Part shown: positions 54,001 through 62,638 of the stretch, piece after piece
Layout of the letters: every line of letters starts with the position of its first letter
Position numbering within the stretch: the stretch's first letter is position 1
Assembly: GCA_964455285.1 (NCBI GenBank)
Contig: CAYVVG010000007.1
Location: 1,751-65,750 of the forward strand
DNA length: 64,000 nt
Source of the DNA: an uncultured Prolixibacteraceae bacterium
Lineage (GTDB): Bacteria; Bacteroidota; Bacteroidia; Bacteroidales; FEN-979
Direction of reading: 5' to 3'
Program-made: the position numbers and the translations under genes
The notes under the pieces: generated by a model
What the model was told of the DNA's origin: nothing
What the model saw: the letters and a program-made list of their open reading frames with translations, nothing else
Databases searched by the model: none

Positions 54001-56244
54001 GATCTTATTCGGGTCACTGGGATGGACGGCGATACCGGTGATAATCGGATGATATATGGTGGTATCGCCCGGAATGACCGGCAGGGAGTCGGTCAGATCG
54101 GCAAACTTGTCGATGGAGTAATTTCCGTTGTTGCCGCCGGTGGTGGAACGGTACAACTGGGGAGGAACAACACCCCAGGTAGGATCAATCTGACCTCCCA
54201 CGACGATGTAAATGTAGTTTTTATTGCTGGGAGCAATGGCGAATTCGGTAATCTGCCTTAAATCAATCGTTGACATGTATTTAGAAATATCCGATTGAAG
54301 TTTCCACAGCGTGTCTCCCAGGTCATCCGGACGCATTTTCTTGCGTTCAAATAGTTCTGTGAATCCAAATATTGGATTATTCTCTGATATATGTTTATGT
54401 ACCTGAAATGTCTTGGGAAGTTTTACAGTTAAATTGGTAATAGGATCAAGCGGCAAAAAGTGAGTGTTGCCGTATTCTTCAGCAACCACACTACTGGATG
54501 ATGGCACGTATTCATGTCTCCAAAAGGTATCGCTCTTGTCGATGAATGAAATTCTTTCAGCCTGATAACCTATTTGCGCTCCATAACCATCTCCGTCAGC
54601 AATTGGAGACCATAGTAAATTTCCATTATTCAAATGTCTGATTTTAGTGCCATTGCACTGAAAACCTGTAATAGTATAGTCTTTGTACATTTTCGAAATA
54701 TCAAAACTCCAAATCATTGAGACATTCAATCCGGAATATTTGCGTGTCCAATAAGGTGTCACAACTGATGTTTTAACTTCATGCACGCTTATCCCGCCAT
54801 GTGTTGCAGCAAAAAGCTTTGGCTCTTGCGATACATTGGGCTGAAAACACAGTGTATGACAATCAGCATGATAACCGTGTTCATTGTATCTGCATTCAAT
54901 ATTCCAGACCGGAGATGATGCTAAGACATTTCGACACCCACAAACCCGGGTATGACCATAAAAGAGTTGATTGGCATCGACAGGTGAAGAAGCAATCCCC
55001 AGCCAATCTGGAGAAAATTGTCCATACAAATTTACCTCATGGTTATATTTATGACTATTGTCAACGCGTAGTTGGGTCCAAGTGTTATTTCTAAACATAA
55101 AAATATAAGCAATTTGTGATGCCCTGCATTGAGGATTTGTGCAAAGGTACGTTCCCTCAATATAAGCATAAAGTCGCGTCGAATCTGCAGGTGTAACGGC
55201 AATATTGATCCTGTTAACTTCGCATTGCGGTAATGAATCTATAATGAGACCAAAGGGGAATGTCATTGATTGCCATGTATTCCCACCGTCTGTTGATCTG
55301 TAAATATCCTTTCCACTGGTATAGATCGTCGAAGGATGCCCGGGTTGAAATTCCAAGCCCCGGTATTCATAGTCGGTCGAATCAAGCCCGATGAGACACC
55401 TTGTCCATAATGGCGCATTTGCAAGGGCATTGTTTGTCCTGAATATTCCTTTTGAGGTCGCAACAAAAAGTTGATTTGAGTTTTGAGGATTGATAATCAC
55501 TCTTCGTGTTGTACCTGATGTTTGAAAATATTCGATAAAGCCATTATTAATTGGTTGCCAGGTAATCCCGGCATTGGTCGATCTATAAATGCCGCTGGTC
55601 GAAATGGGATTGATTATTCCCCAGTTGGGATTTGATTTAAACGAGACTCCGGCATCACCCAGCCCTGTGGATATAAATAACGCGTTTGAGTTGTCATAAG
55701 CAATCGCAATATCTGAGACACTAGTCATGGGAAGTTGATGATCAGTATTTACAACCTCCCATAAGTCTCCATTATTGATCGTTTTCCATAGTCCGCCGTA
55801 AAAAGAAGCTGCATAGATCACTTGATTGCTGGTACTATTGTATTGAGGGTCAAATGTTATTCGATGAATTTGGCCGTTTCCATTTGTTTCTGGTACCCCC
55901 TCTTCATCTGACCCGATCGGACCTAAAGGGGTCCAGGTAATCGAACTTAATTCAGTGCTATCCGGACCATTGTTTAAGAAGTCCATGTAATATTCTGAAA
56001 GGGCCTGCATTGCTACCCCAGCATTGCCATGCGGATATAACCGTGGTCCCCAGATGGAAAAGGTCCTGTCATACTCTTTTGCAAATCCACTCCGCCGATT
56101 GGTGTCGCCAATAGCAGGCATTGGATTATCCTGATAAAAATTCAGCATGAATTCGTACAGGTTGTTGCCGTCCTGGTTTTGAGCCAATGATGCAAGTTGA
56201 CAAATAATCAACATAATCGTGATAATGAAATGCCGCGTTTTCAT
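51076..56244 (-). CDS. 1722-aa T9SS-secreted protein (N-terminal BNR/sortilin-like propeller, right-handed beta-helix region, CTD)
   Basis: Signal peptide MKTRHFIITIMLIICQLASLAQ. Asp-box-like STDGGNTW, SSNGGYSW, STTGGNNG. CTD LKVYPNPANTHFIVEY...GVYIVTLNTKGKALQQAKVTLTR. GC is markedly lower than in the core genes. Confidence 0.85.
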   Translation of the reverse strand: MKTRHFIITIMLIICQLASLAQNQDGNNLYEFMLNFYQDNPMPAIGDTNRRSGFAKEYDRTFSIWGPRLYPHGNAGVAMQALSEYYMDFLNNGPDSTELSSITWTPLGPIGSDEEGVPETNGNGQIHRITFDPQYNSTSNQVIYAASFYGGLWKTINNGDLWEVVNTDHQLPMTSVSDIAIAYDNSNALFISTGLGDAGVSFKSNPNWGIINPISTSGIYRSTNAGITWQPINNGFIEYFQTSGTTRRVIINPQNSNQLFVATSKGIFRTNNALANAPLWTRCLIGLDSTDYEYRGLEFQPGHPSTIYTSGKDIYRSTDGGNTWQSMTFPFGLIIDSLPQCEVNRINIAVTPADSTRLYAYIEGTYLCTNPQCRASQIAYIFMFRNNTWTQLRVDNSHKYNHEVNLYGQFSPDWLGIASSPVDANQLFYGHTRVCGCRNVLASSPVWNIECRYNEHGYHADCHTLCFQPNVSQEPKLFAATHGGISVHEVKTSVVTPYWTRKYSGLNVSMIWSFDISKMYKDYTITGFQCNGTKIRHLNNGNLLWSPIADGDGYGAQIGYQAERISFIDKSDTFWRHEYVPSSSSVVAEEYGNTHFLPLDPITNLTVKLPKTFQVHKHISENNPIFGFTELFERKKMRPDDLGDTLWKLQSDISKYMSTIDLRQITEFAIAPSNKNYIYIVVGGQIDPTWGVVPPQLYRSTTGGNNGNYSIDKFADLTDSLPVIPGDTTIYHPIITGIAVHPSDPNKIWISLTGYYPTLKVYYSSNGGYSWSNYDPTGSLPNLPINGIVYQEGTNDRLYIATDAGVYVKTAPTANWTRYGNIPNVRVTEIKINPCTGKLVAATFGRGLWETDLLSSDNIYQEVTATETWSNDRILENSFKIKAPNTLTVTGTLYMPKGSRIIIEQGARLILNGGRITQNCGYLWKGIEVWGDRDLAQIPVTNQGRLQIINGGTIENAEIGILAGKMLDDGSGFAPRYAGGLIWCTDGNFINNKVAVLFSPYTYFNRSYFKNSSFITNAVLNESVTPDCFIKAYGVADVTVYGCSFKNTRSWESVPLSVRGTGIYCDNSRLIMDEGCLVDEVPCNEPVPSAFEKLSKGVVSLNSGSLTYVNIRHTNFYDNVKGLYISASSGAANSTVVNCNFRSYRPGEEYVDTYGMYLNECGGYQVEENTFYSEGEYCDGIGLIINNSIVNNPAEINRIYRNTFTNLSYATIAQNRNRNAVTKEGLCYKCNKFFDNYSDIAVTKDPNIPNQQDFGIAENQGTNSATPTGPAGNMFDYTPLPSHFDLDNGLALINYYFHNVQVPQYRLKPDYPNGPITPYPVGIGFDEILACPSSISVGGNGNEEIDAMVSSAEASDSINTILNTLVDGGSTETLSEEVATSTPPEALPTRDELLATSPYVSDTVMQTAIEKEEVLSNAMIRDIMVANPHSAKSEMLVDMLENRTIPMPDYLMAEILQGEDSVSGKERLESQKAFWNEERSKHYHNLLRYYRNDTADGFANDSLIYILLQRNTIDSWYDRVATYFQQGEYQIGLNALSLIPVSFSLDEKQQETQQSFEYLFEIVKKVATDTLAVLNIDSTDVQTLLFISNSDQGQVSAFARNLLLAAEKITYTEPILLPESGLKSSKRDKYRGVIFHFEGNLLKVYPNPANTHFIVEYHLQDISAGCNIEITDILGRTLLIVPITLRDDQKVIPVVDLSQGVYIVTLNTKGKALQQAKVTLTR

Positions 56245-56413
56245 GGCAGTGGGGTAATGATGTTATAAAAATTATTGGGAATTCGAAAGATGGGAATAAA
56301 ATTACAATATAATAAAGCCATTGTCAAGGGAAACTTTTACACGGATTTTGTCCGAAAATCGGACGGATTGGTGCCTTTGAAAAAGCTATCCAATTGGATG
56401 ACTGACGACTGAC

Positions 56414-56449
56414 AAAAAAAATCGGGGCAACTTTTCTGCCCGGATTTTT
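56414..56449. terminator. orphan bidirectional terminator-like hairpin (A-run, stem, T-run)
   Basis: AAAAAAA ATCGGGGCA-acttttc-TGCCCGGAT TTTT, with 8 of 9 stem pairs. No annotated gene ends here. Confidence 0.3.
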
Positions 56450-56533
56450 CAGGGTATCGTGCATTTCCGGCGGGAAAATCCCCTTCGTGAAGGTGAAAAT
56501 ATCTGATCCGGACCATGGAATTCCATCCGGGAT

Positions 56534-56578
56534 GCAGTCAGCAGGTACTCTGTTATTCGGTCACTCGTCACCTCACCA
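56534..56578. repeat. degenerate D/E-type STR block
   Basis: gcagtca gcaggt actctgtt attcggtc actcgtc acctcacc. It resembles the CAGTC and ACTYTGTY blocks of 47578-47672. Confidence 0.5.
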
Positions 56579-56659
56579 ACACTTCATGACACTTCTTTCG
56601 TTTGGCAAATAAAACGAATCGTGACTCGATGCAACCCGACGGGCCCGGTTGGTTATTTG

Positions 56660-56701
56660 GTGATATATCTACGATTTACGATGTGCGATCTACGATCTGA
56701 A
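56660..56701. repeat. dispersed copy of the 42-nt A-tail/B block
   Basis: gtgatat atctacg atttacg atgtgcg atctacg atctgaa matches 47501-47542 at 39 of 42 positions. Confidence 0.9.
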
Positions 56702-56895
56702 AGCTGTCGCTTCGTGTTGCCATTTTCCTTTTTTCACCACAATAGGCACAATAGGACCCCATTGGGGTTTCCCTGATGTGTTTTCTGTTTGGCCTATGTG
56801 ACTGATATGGTTATTCCCACGGAAAGGCTAACTTTGCAGATTCCCGGCGTTCATCGTGAAAATCCGGGAAGATGAAGGAATTTCTATAAAATAAC

Positions 56896-57114
56896 CGCAG
56901 AGACGCAGAGACGCAGAGAATTCCCCTCCCTGTTTGGGGAGGGGAAGGCCGAAGGCCGGGGTGGGGCAAAATCTGCAGAGACGTAAAGGATGAATCGGAA
57001 TAACACAGGAAATATAAAGACGCAGAGTATTGAATCGGGAGAACATCCAGGTAAGCTGATACGCACCGGGAGGAGGCATAGAGCAAGATTTCTCTGCGTC
57101 TCTGCGTCTCCGCG
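56896..57114. repeat. inverted pair of octamer arrays 3 x CGCAGAGA ... 3 x TCTCTGCG enclosing 171 nt
   Basis: The left arm 56896-56919 and right arm 57091-57114 are complementary at 23 of 24 positions. The interior holds hairpins CCCCTCC-ctgtttg-GGAGGGG and GGCC-gaa-GGCC, plus a ~40-nt imperfect tandem duplication (..CAGAGACGTAAAGGATGAATCGGAATAACACAGG / ..CAGAGTATTGAATCGGGAGAACATCCAGG). It ends 60 nt before the leuS ATG. Confidence 0.9.
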
Positions 57115-57174
57115 GTCATTTAATATAGTTACAAAGTAACCAAGCCACCCCGGGGTGGGAACAAATTTCAAGTT

Positions 57175-59988
57175 ATGGATTACAATTTTCCGGAGATCGA
57201 GAAGAAATGGCAGCAATACTGGGTCGATCATAAGACCTACCGCACCACCGAAGACCCGTCGAAACCGAAGTTCTACGTGCTCGACATGTTCCCCTACCCG
57301 TCGGGCGCAGGGCTGCATGTGGGTCACCCGCTGGGCTACATTGCCAGCGACATCTATGCCCGCTACAAACGGCTGAAGGGCTTCAACGTCCTCCACCCGA
57401 TGGGCTACGATGCCTACGGACTTCCTGCCGAGCAATACGCCATCCAGACGGGCACCCACCCGGCGGTCACCACTGAAAAGAACATCGCCCGCTACCGCGA
57501 ACAGATGGACAAACTCGGCTTCTGCTTCGACTGGGACCGTGAAGTGAAGACCTGCGACCCCGACTACTACAAGTGGACCCAGTGGACCTTCATCCAGCTT
57601 TTCCATCACTGGTACAACAACCTCTCCGGAAAAGCGGAACCCATCGAATCCCTCGTGAAGATCTTCGAAACGGAGGGCAACAGCGGCGTTCAGGCCGCCG
57701 TAACCCCGAACTGGGGAAAGGAGCTGGCGAAGCGCGACCGGACCTTCCCCGAAGAGTGGGACGGCATCTTCACCGCCGACCAGTGGAATTCGTTCCACGA
57801 AAAGCACCGGCACGACATCCTGATGAACTACCGGCTGGCCTACCTCTCCGACGCCCTGGTCAACTGGTGCCCCGAACTGGGCACGGTGCTGGCCAACGAC
57901 GAGGTGGCCAACGGTTTTTCCGTCCGCGGCGGCCACCCGGTCGAACGCAAGCTCATGCGCCAGTGGTTCCTCCGCATCACCGCGTACGCCCAGCGCCTCC
58001 TCGACGGGCTGGAGAAGGTCGAATTCTCCGACTCGCTCATCGAGATGCAGCGCAACTGGATCGGTCGCTCCGAAGGCGCCGAGGTGCACTTCCCCGTCCA
58101 GGGAAAAGAGCTGCAGCTCTCCATCTTCACCACCCGCCCCGACACCATCTTCGGCTCCACCTTCATGGTGCTGGCACCCGAACATGAGCTGCTGCCCGAA
58201 CTCATCACCCCCGACCGGAAAGAGGCGGTCGAACAGTATGTGCTTACCGCGAAGAACCGCTCGGAGCGCGAGCGCATGGCCGAGGTGAAGCGGGTCACCG
58301 GCGAATTCACGGGCTCATACTGCCTCAACCCGTTCAACGGCACCCCCATCCCCATCTGGGTGGCCGATTACGTGCTGGCCGGCTACGGCACCGGCGCCAT
58401 CATGGCGGTGCCGGCCCACGACAGCCGCGACTATGACTTTGCCCGGCATTTCGGGCTCCCGATCATCGAAGTGGTGTCGGGCGGCGATATCTCTGAAAGC
58501 TCGTACGATGCCAAAGACGGCATCCTCATCAACTCCGACTTTATCGACGGCCTGCCCGTGAAAGAGGCCATCCGCGCAGTGATCGGGCGGGTGGAGGAGA
58601 TGGGCATCGGGAAGGGAACGGTCAACTACCGCCTGCGCGACGCCATCTTCAGCCGGCAACGTTACTGGGGAGAGCCTTTCCCCGTCTATTTCCGCGACGG
58701 CATCGCCTGCACCCTGCCCGAAGACCGGCTCCCGCTGCTGCTTCCGGAGGTGGACGCATACCTGCCCACCGAGACGGGCGAACCACCGCTGGCCCGGGCG
58801 AAGAACTGGTGCACCCCCGAAGGTTACCCTTACGAAACCAGCACCATGCCCGGCTTCGCAGGATCGAGCGGCTATTACCTCCGCTACATGGACCCCCGGA
58901 ACGACCAGGAATATTTCTCGAAAGAGGCGGTCACCTACTGGCAGGATGTGGACCTGTACATCGGCGGCGACGAGCACGCCACCGGCCACCTGATCTACGC
59001 CCGGTTCTGGAACAAATTCCTGTTCGATACCGGTCTTTCAGTGAAGGATGAACCCTTTAAAAAGCTGATCAACCAGGGAAAGATCCAGGGCCGTTCGAGT
59101 CTCGTTTACCGCGTGAAGGGCACCAACACCTTTGTTTCCGCCGGGTTGAAGGATGAGCACGACACGCTCGAGATGCATGTGGATGTGAGCCTGGTGGAGA
59201 ACGACCTGCTCGATACCGAAGGATTCCGCGCCTGGCGGCCCGACCTGGCCAACGCCGAATTCATCCTCGAGAATGGCAAGTACCATTGCGGCTGGGCGGT
59301 GGAGAAGATGTCGAAATCGCTCTACAACGTAGTCAACCCCGACGACCTGGTCGAACGTTACGGCGCCGACACCTTCCGGCTGTACGAGATGTTCCTCGGT
59401 CCGCTGGAGCAGTCGAAGCCGTGGGACACCAACGGCATCGAAGGCGTCTTCCGCTTCATCCGCAAGTTCTGGCGCCTCTTCCACGACGAGAAGAACCAGT
59501 TCCGGGTGAGCGGGGAAGCGCCTGCGGCCGAAGAGTTGCGCGTGCTGCACCGGACGATCAAAAAGGTGCAGGACGACATCGAGCGGCTCTCATTCAACAC
59601 CGCCGTGAGCACCTTCATGATCTGCGTGAATGAGCTCACCGACCTGAAATGCAGCAAGCGCGCGATCCTGGGCGACCTGGTGGTGCTGATCGCGCCTTAC
59701 GCGCCGCACATCGCCGAAGAGCTGTGGAGCCTGCTGGGGAACGGCGCCAGCGTCACGGCGGCCGCCTTCCCGGTGTTCGATGCGCAGCATCTCGTGGAGA
59801 ACACCTTCGAATACCCGGTGTCGTTCAACGGCAAGACTCGCTTCAAACTGGAACTCCCGGCCGATCTCTCCATCGCAGAGATCGAAAAAGCTGCTTTGGC
59901 TGCCCCCGAATCGGCGAAATGGTTACAGGGCAATCCCCCGAGGAAGGTGATCATCGTGCCGAAGAAGATCATCAACGTGGTGATCTGA
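57175..59988 (+). CDS. leuS: leucine--tRNA ligase
   Basis: 937 aa. [16 protein letters not shown] (HIGH), KMSKSLYN (KMSKS), and the CP1 editing domain. Confidence 0.95.
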   Translation: MDYNFPEIEKKWQQYWVDHKTYRTTEDPSKPKFYVLDMFPYPSGAGLHVGHPLGYIASDIYARYKRLKGFNVLHPMGYDAYGLPAEQYAIQTGTHPAVTTEKNIARYREQMDKLGFCFDWDREVKTCDPDYYKWTQWTFIQLFHHWYNNLSGKAEPIESLVKIFETEGNSGVQAAVTPNWGKELAKRDRTFPEEWDGIFTADQWNSFHEKHRHDILMNYRLAYLSDALVNWCPELGTVLANDEVANGFSVRGGHPVERKLMRQWFLRITAYAQRLLDGLEKVEFSDSLIEMQRNWIGRSEGAEVHFPVQGKELQLSIFTTRPDTIFGSTFMVLAPEHELLPELITPDRKEAVEQYVLTAKNRSERERMAEVKRVTGEFTGSYCLNPFNGTPIPIWVADYVLAGYGTGAIMAVPAHDSRDYDFARHFGLPIIEVVSGGDISESSYDAKDGILINSDFIDGLPVKEAIRAVIGRVEEMGIGKGTVNYRLRDAIFSRQRYWGEPFPVYFRDGIACTLPEDRLPLLLPEVDAYLPTETGEPPLARAKNWCTPEGYPYETSTMPGFAGSSGYYLRYMDPRNDQEYFSKEAVTYWQDVDLYIGGDEHATGHLIYARFWNKFLFDTGLSVKDEPFKKLINQGKIQGRSSLVYRVKGTNTFVSAGLKDEHDTLEMHVDVSLVENDLLDTEGFRAWRPDLANAEFILENGKYHCGWAVEKMSKSLYNVVNPDDLVERYGADTFRLYEMFLGPLEQSKPWDTNGIEGVFRFIRKFWRLFHDEKNQFRVSGEAPAAEELRVLHRTIKKVQDDIERLSFNTAVSTFMICVNELTDLKCSKRAILGDLVVLIAPYAPHIAEELWSLLGNGASVTAAAFPVFDAQHLVENTFEYPVSFNGKTRFKLELPADLSIAEIEKAALAAPESAKWLQGNPPRKVIIVPKKIINVVI

Positions 59989-60018
59989 CCCGGCTCGCCG
60001 GGAGGATGAAAAAGCCGT

Positions 60019-60276
60019 TCAGCAGCCCGGTTTTACGTAAGTATAAAAAGGACAGTGACTCTCCTGCTGCAGCCGGGGAAAATGCTTCTCATTCAGCCAG
60101 CCCGACCGGAGGGTTCGCGGGTCGTAGCGGTGCTTCGCCGCCCGCACGGAATCGGCGGCGGACTGTTCCACATTTTTTTTAACTTTTCCGTTCTCATTTT
60201 TTCCTTTGTCATCCTGGGTAAAGGAGAGCAGGGTCAGGGCAATCGCGATCAGAAGCAGATGGAATCCGGTTTTCAT
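60019..60276 (-). CDS. possible small secreted protein
   Basis: The internal ATG at 60276 gives MKTGFHLLLIAIALTLLSFTQ.. (signal-like). The longer track ORF start at 60414 lies inside the inverted-repeat element. No motif. Confidence 0.3.
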   Translation of the reverse strand: MKTGFHLLLIAIALTLLSFTQDDKGKNENGKVKKNVEQSAADSVRAAKHRYDPRTLRSGWLNEKHFPRLQQESHCPFYTYVKPGC

Positions 60277-60363
60277 GTTTATGGGGTTTTTTAACTGACA
60301 AATCGCTTTCGTACCAGTAAGATCATCCACTCTTGTATCGCAAGAGATATCGGGAACTGAGCC

Positions 60364-60462
60364 TTCCGTGTCTTCCGTGAAACCTTTTATCAACAGGATA
60401 TCATCACATTTCATGGAAATGGGAACACGGAATTCACGGAAAAAGGCACGGAAGACACGGAA
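60364..60462. repeat. inverted TTCCGTG-type short-repeat arms enclosing 67 nt
   Basis: TTCCGTGTCTTCCGTG (60364-60379) is the exact reverse complement of CACGGAAGACACGGAA (60447-60462). The right side carries two further CACGGAA units (60426-60440). Confidence 0.9.
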
Positions 60463-60621
60463 TATCAGTTTGAGATGTTCAAGCCTGGAAATGTACTGAT
60501 ATAAAAGTGACTGATCATTTTTTTATTTACCATTGAAATATAGGTTGACAGAAAAACAGTTTTTGAGTTATGCCAATCTCTGATTTCATGCAGCAAAAGT
60601 ATCCCGGAAACATGCCGCAAC

Positions 60622-60665
60622 CGGTTAACGACTGGTTATCGGGTTGTTAATGAGTTGTTAATGGC
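60622..60665 (+). promoter_or_regulatory. four phased 11-nt direct repeats with kGTTAw core (candidate OmpR-family regulator binding array)
   Basis: GGTTAACGACT GGTTATCGGGT TGTTAATGAGT TGTTAATGGCG. The last two are 10/11 identical. The array ends 23 nt upstream of the -7 box of the kinase/regulator operon. Confidence 0.35.
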
Positions 60666-60688
60666 GGCCGGAAGTCGCGGAAACCGAC

Positions 60689-60696
60689 TACTTTTG
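60689..60696 (+). promoter_or_regulatory. candidate -7 box (TACTTTTG)
   Basis: Matches TAnnTTTG, 9 nt upstream of the ATG at 60706. Confidence 0.4.
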
Positions 60697-60705
60697 TGGA
60701 CCCGT

Positions 60706-61941
60706 ATGAAACACAGCCGAACCTACCTCTTCATCGCAGTCACAACCGTTGCCCTCCTGGCCATCCTGGGGATCCAGGTGTCGTGGATCCTGCAGACTGC
60801 CCGGATCAAGGAAGAGCTTTTCAGCGAAAAGGCGAACATGGTCCTTTCCCGGACGGCGGATGCCCTGAGCAGCGACCAGGCAACCTGTAAAAGCCTGCAG
60901 ATCAGTGCCGGCAGGAACGAAGTCAGAAAAGTGGACTCGATTTTAAACCATTTCATGCAGGTGTACAAGATCCACATCCGGTACTCTTTCGATGTGAAGC
61001 CCGCGGCAGGAGCTGCCTATATGGGGGACGGCGTACCGAAAAACGATCCTGCCTTCCAACCGGGCGCCTATGCCACCTGTGTGGGAGGTGAGGACGACCC
61101 AAAGGGACTGTTGCTGAAACTGGTCTTCCCGGATAAAAAGCAGTTCATCCTGGCCGAGATGGGCCCGATGTTCATCACTTCGGTGATCCTGATCCTCGTG
61201 GTGCTGGTGCTTTCGTGGCGAACCATCCTGTTCCTGCTGAAAGAAAAGGAGATCTCGGAGCACACTTCGGATTTCCTGAACAACATGACCCATGAGTTCA
61301 AAACGCCCCTCACCAACATTTCGCTGGCCGGGAGGCTGATCCTGAAGGAAGGCAACAGCGGGCAGGAAGATAAGACCCGGCAGTATGCAGAGATCATCCT
61401 CGATGAGAATGAGAAACTCCGGCTCCAGGTCGAGCAGGTGCTGAGCATGACGGCGCTGGAACGGGGTGAGATCCCGTTGACCCGGGCCCGGGTGGACATC
61501 CATGATCTCATCCGGGATTCGGTCAAACGCATGAATCTCCGGATCGATCACAAGCAGGCGACCCTGATCCTGCACCAGGACGCGGAAAATCCGGTGGTGA
61601 CGGGCGACGGGATCCATCTCACCGGCGCCCTGTGCAACCTGATCGACAATGCCCTGAAATACTCCCGCGAAAACCCTGCGATCACGATCCGGACCTTCAA
61701 TTCCGGACCGGCCGTGGTCATCGAAGTTTCCGATAACGGGACGGGCATTGAAAAGAGATACCAGAAGAAGGTGTTCGACAAGTTCTTCCGGGTTCCCACG
61801 GGGGATGTGCATGACGTAAAGGGATTCGGACTCGGGTTGGCCTATATCAAAAAGATCGTCGGAATGCATGGCGGGACCCTCCGGCTTCAGAGCGAACCGG
61901 GAAAAGGAACGACCTTTGCAATCAGTTTACCCAATGCCTGA
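60706..61941 (+). CDS. sensor histidine kinase
   Basis: Start at the ATG at 60706 (MKHSRTYLFIAVTTVALLAILGIQ, TM1), with a second TM FITSVILILVVLVLSW. H-box NMTHEFKTPLTNI, N-box LIDNALKYS, G1 SDNGTGI, G2 GFGLGLAY. Confidence 0.85.
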   Translation: MKHSRTYLFIAVTTVALLAILGIQVSWILQTARIKEELFSEKANMVLSRTADALSSDQATCKSLQISAGRNEVRKVDSILNHFMQVYKIHIRYSFDVKPAAGAAYMGDGVPKNDPAFQPGAYATCVGGEDDPKGLLLKLVFPDKKQFILAEMGPMFITSVILILVVLVLSWRTILFLLKEKEISEHTSDFLNNMTHEFKTPLTNISLAGRLILKEGNSGQEDKTRQYAEIILDENEKLRLQVEQVLSMTALERGEIPLTRARVDIHDLIRDSVKRMNLRIDHKQATLILHQDAENPVVTGDGIHLTGALCNLIDNALKYSRENPAITIRTFNSGPAVVIEVSDNGTGIEKRYQKKVFDKFFRVPTGDVHDVKGFGLGLAYIKKIVGMHGGTLRLQSEPGKGTTFAISLPNA

Positions 61942-62638
61942 AGATAAGACCCGGATATTGCTCGCCGAGGACGACCTGAACCTGGGGGTCCTGCTGGTGG
62001 ATTACCTCGAAGCGGAAGGGTACGATGTCAAGCTGTGCAAAGACGGGGAGCTGGCGCTGAAAGCTTTTCAGGGCAGCCCGTTCGACCTCTGCCTGCTGGA
62101 TGTCATGATGCCGAAGATGGACGGTTTCGCAGTGGCAAAAGCCATCAGGAGGGTGGATAAGGCCATTCCGGTCATCTTCATCACGGCCCGGTCGATGAAG
62201 GAAGACAAGCTGAAGGGCTACGACCTGGGGGCCGATGACTATATCACCAAGCCGTTTGACGAAGAGGAGCTGCTCTGGAAGATCCGGGCGGTCATCCGCC
62301 GCATCCCGGAAAACCGGAACGAAAAACCCGCGGAGATCATCCCGCTTGGGAGATATACCTTCGACGTCCATAACCAATCGCTATCCATTGATGGAAAAAC
62401 CAGGCGGATCACCGAAAAAGAGAGGGAGATCCTTCTCTACCTGACCCGCCATGCCAACCGGCTGATCAAACGCGACGACATGGTCAAGGATCTCTGGGGC
62501 AGGAAAGATTATTTTCTGGGAAGAAGCCTCGACGTGTTCATCACCAAGATCCGCAGGTACCTGAATGAAGATCCGGCGCTGGAGATCGAAAGCGTGTTCG
62601 GCGTGGGTTTTATTTTTCACGTGACGCGTGACGCGTGA
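61934..62638 (+). CDS. OmpR/PhoB-family response regulator
   Basis: Start at the ATG at 61934 (MPEDKTRILLAEDD), overlapping the kinase stop by 8 nt. Receiver LCLLDVMMPKMDGF and winged-helix output ..LTEKEREILLYL..VFGVGFIF. The last codons (..HVTRDA*) are encoded by the GTGACGC heptamer array. Confidence 0.9.
   Translation: MPEDKTRILLAEDDLNLGVLLVDYLEAEGYDVKLCKDGELALKAFQGSPFDLCLLDVMMPKMDGFAVAKAIRRVDKAIPVIFITARSMKEDKLKGYDLGADDYITKPFDEEELLWKIRAVIRRIPENRNEKPAEIIPLGRYTFDVHNQSLSIDGKTRRITEKEREILLYLTRHANRLIKRDDMVKDLWGRKDYFLGRSLDVFITKIRRYLNEDPALEIESVFGVGFIFHVTRDA

Noticed and set aside
56884-58185. 433-aa minus-strand ORF antisense to leuS, extending into the octamer-repeat element, with 58315..58989 and 59038..59550
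   Set aside because: leuS on the plus strand is unambiguous (HIGH and KMSKS motifs). The antisense ORF is a GC artefact, and its 3' end merely translates the repeat.
60943-61869. 308-aa minus-strand ORF antisense to the histidine kinase, with 61922..62377 antisense to the regulator
   Set aside because: The sense frames carry H, N, G1 and G2 boxes and receiver/winged-helix motifs. The antisense frames have none.
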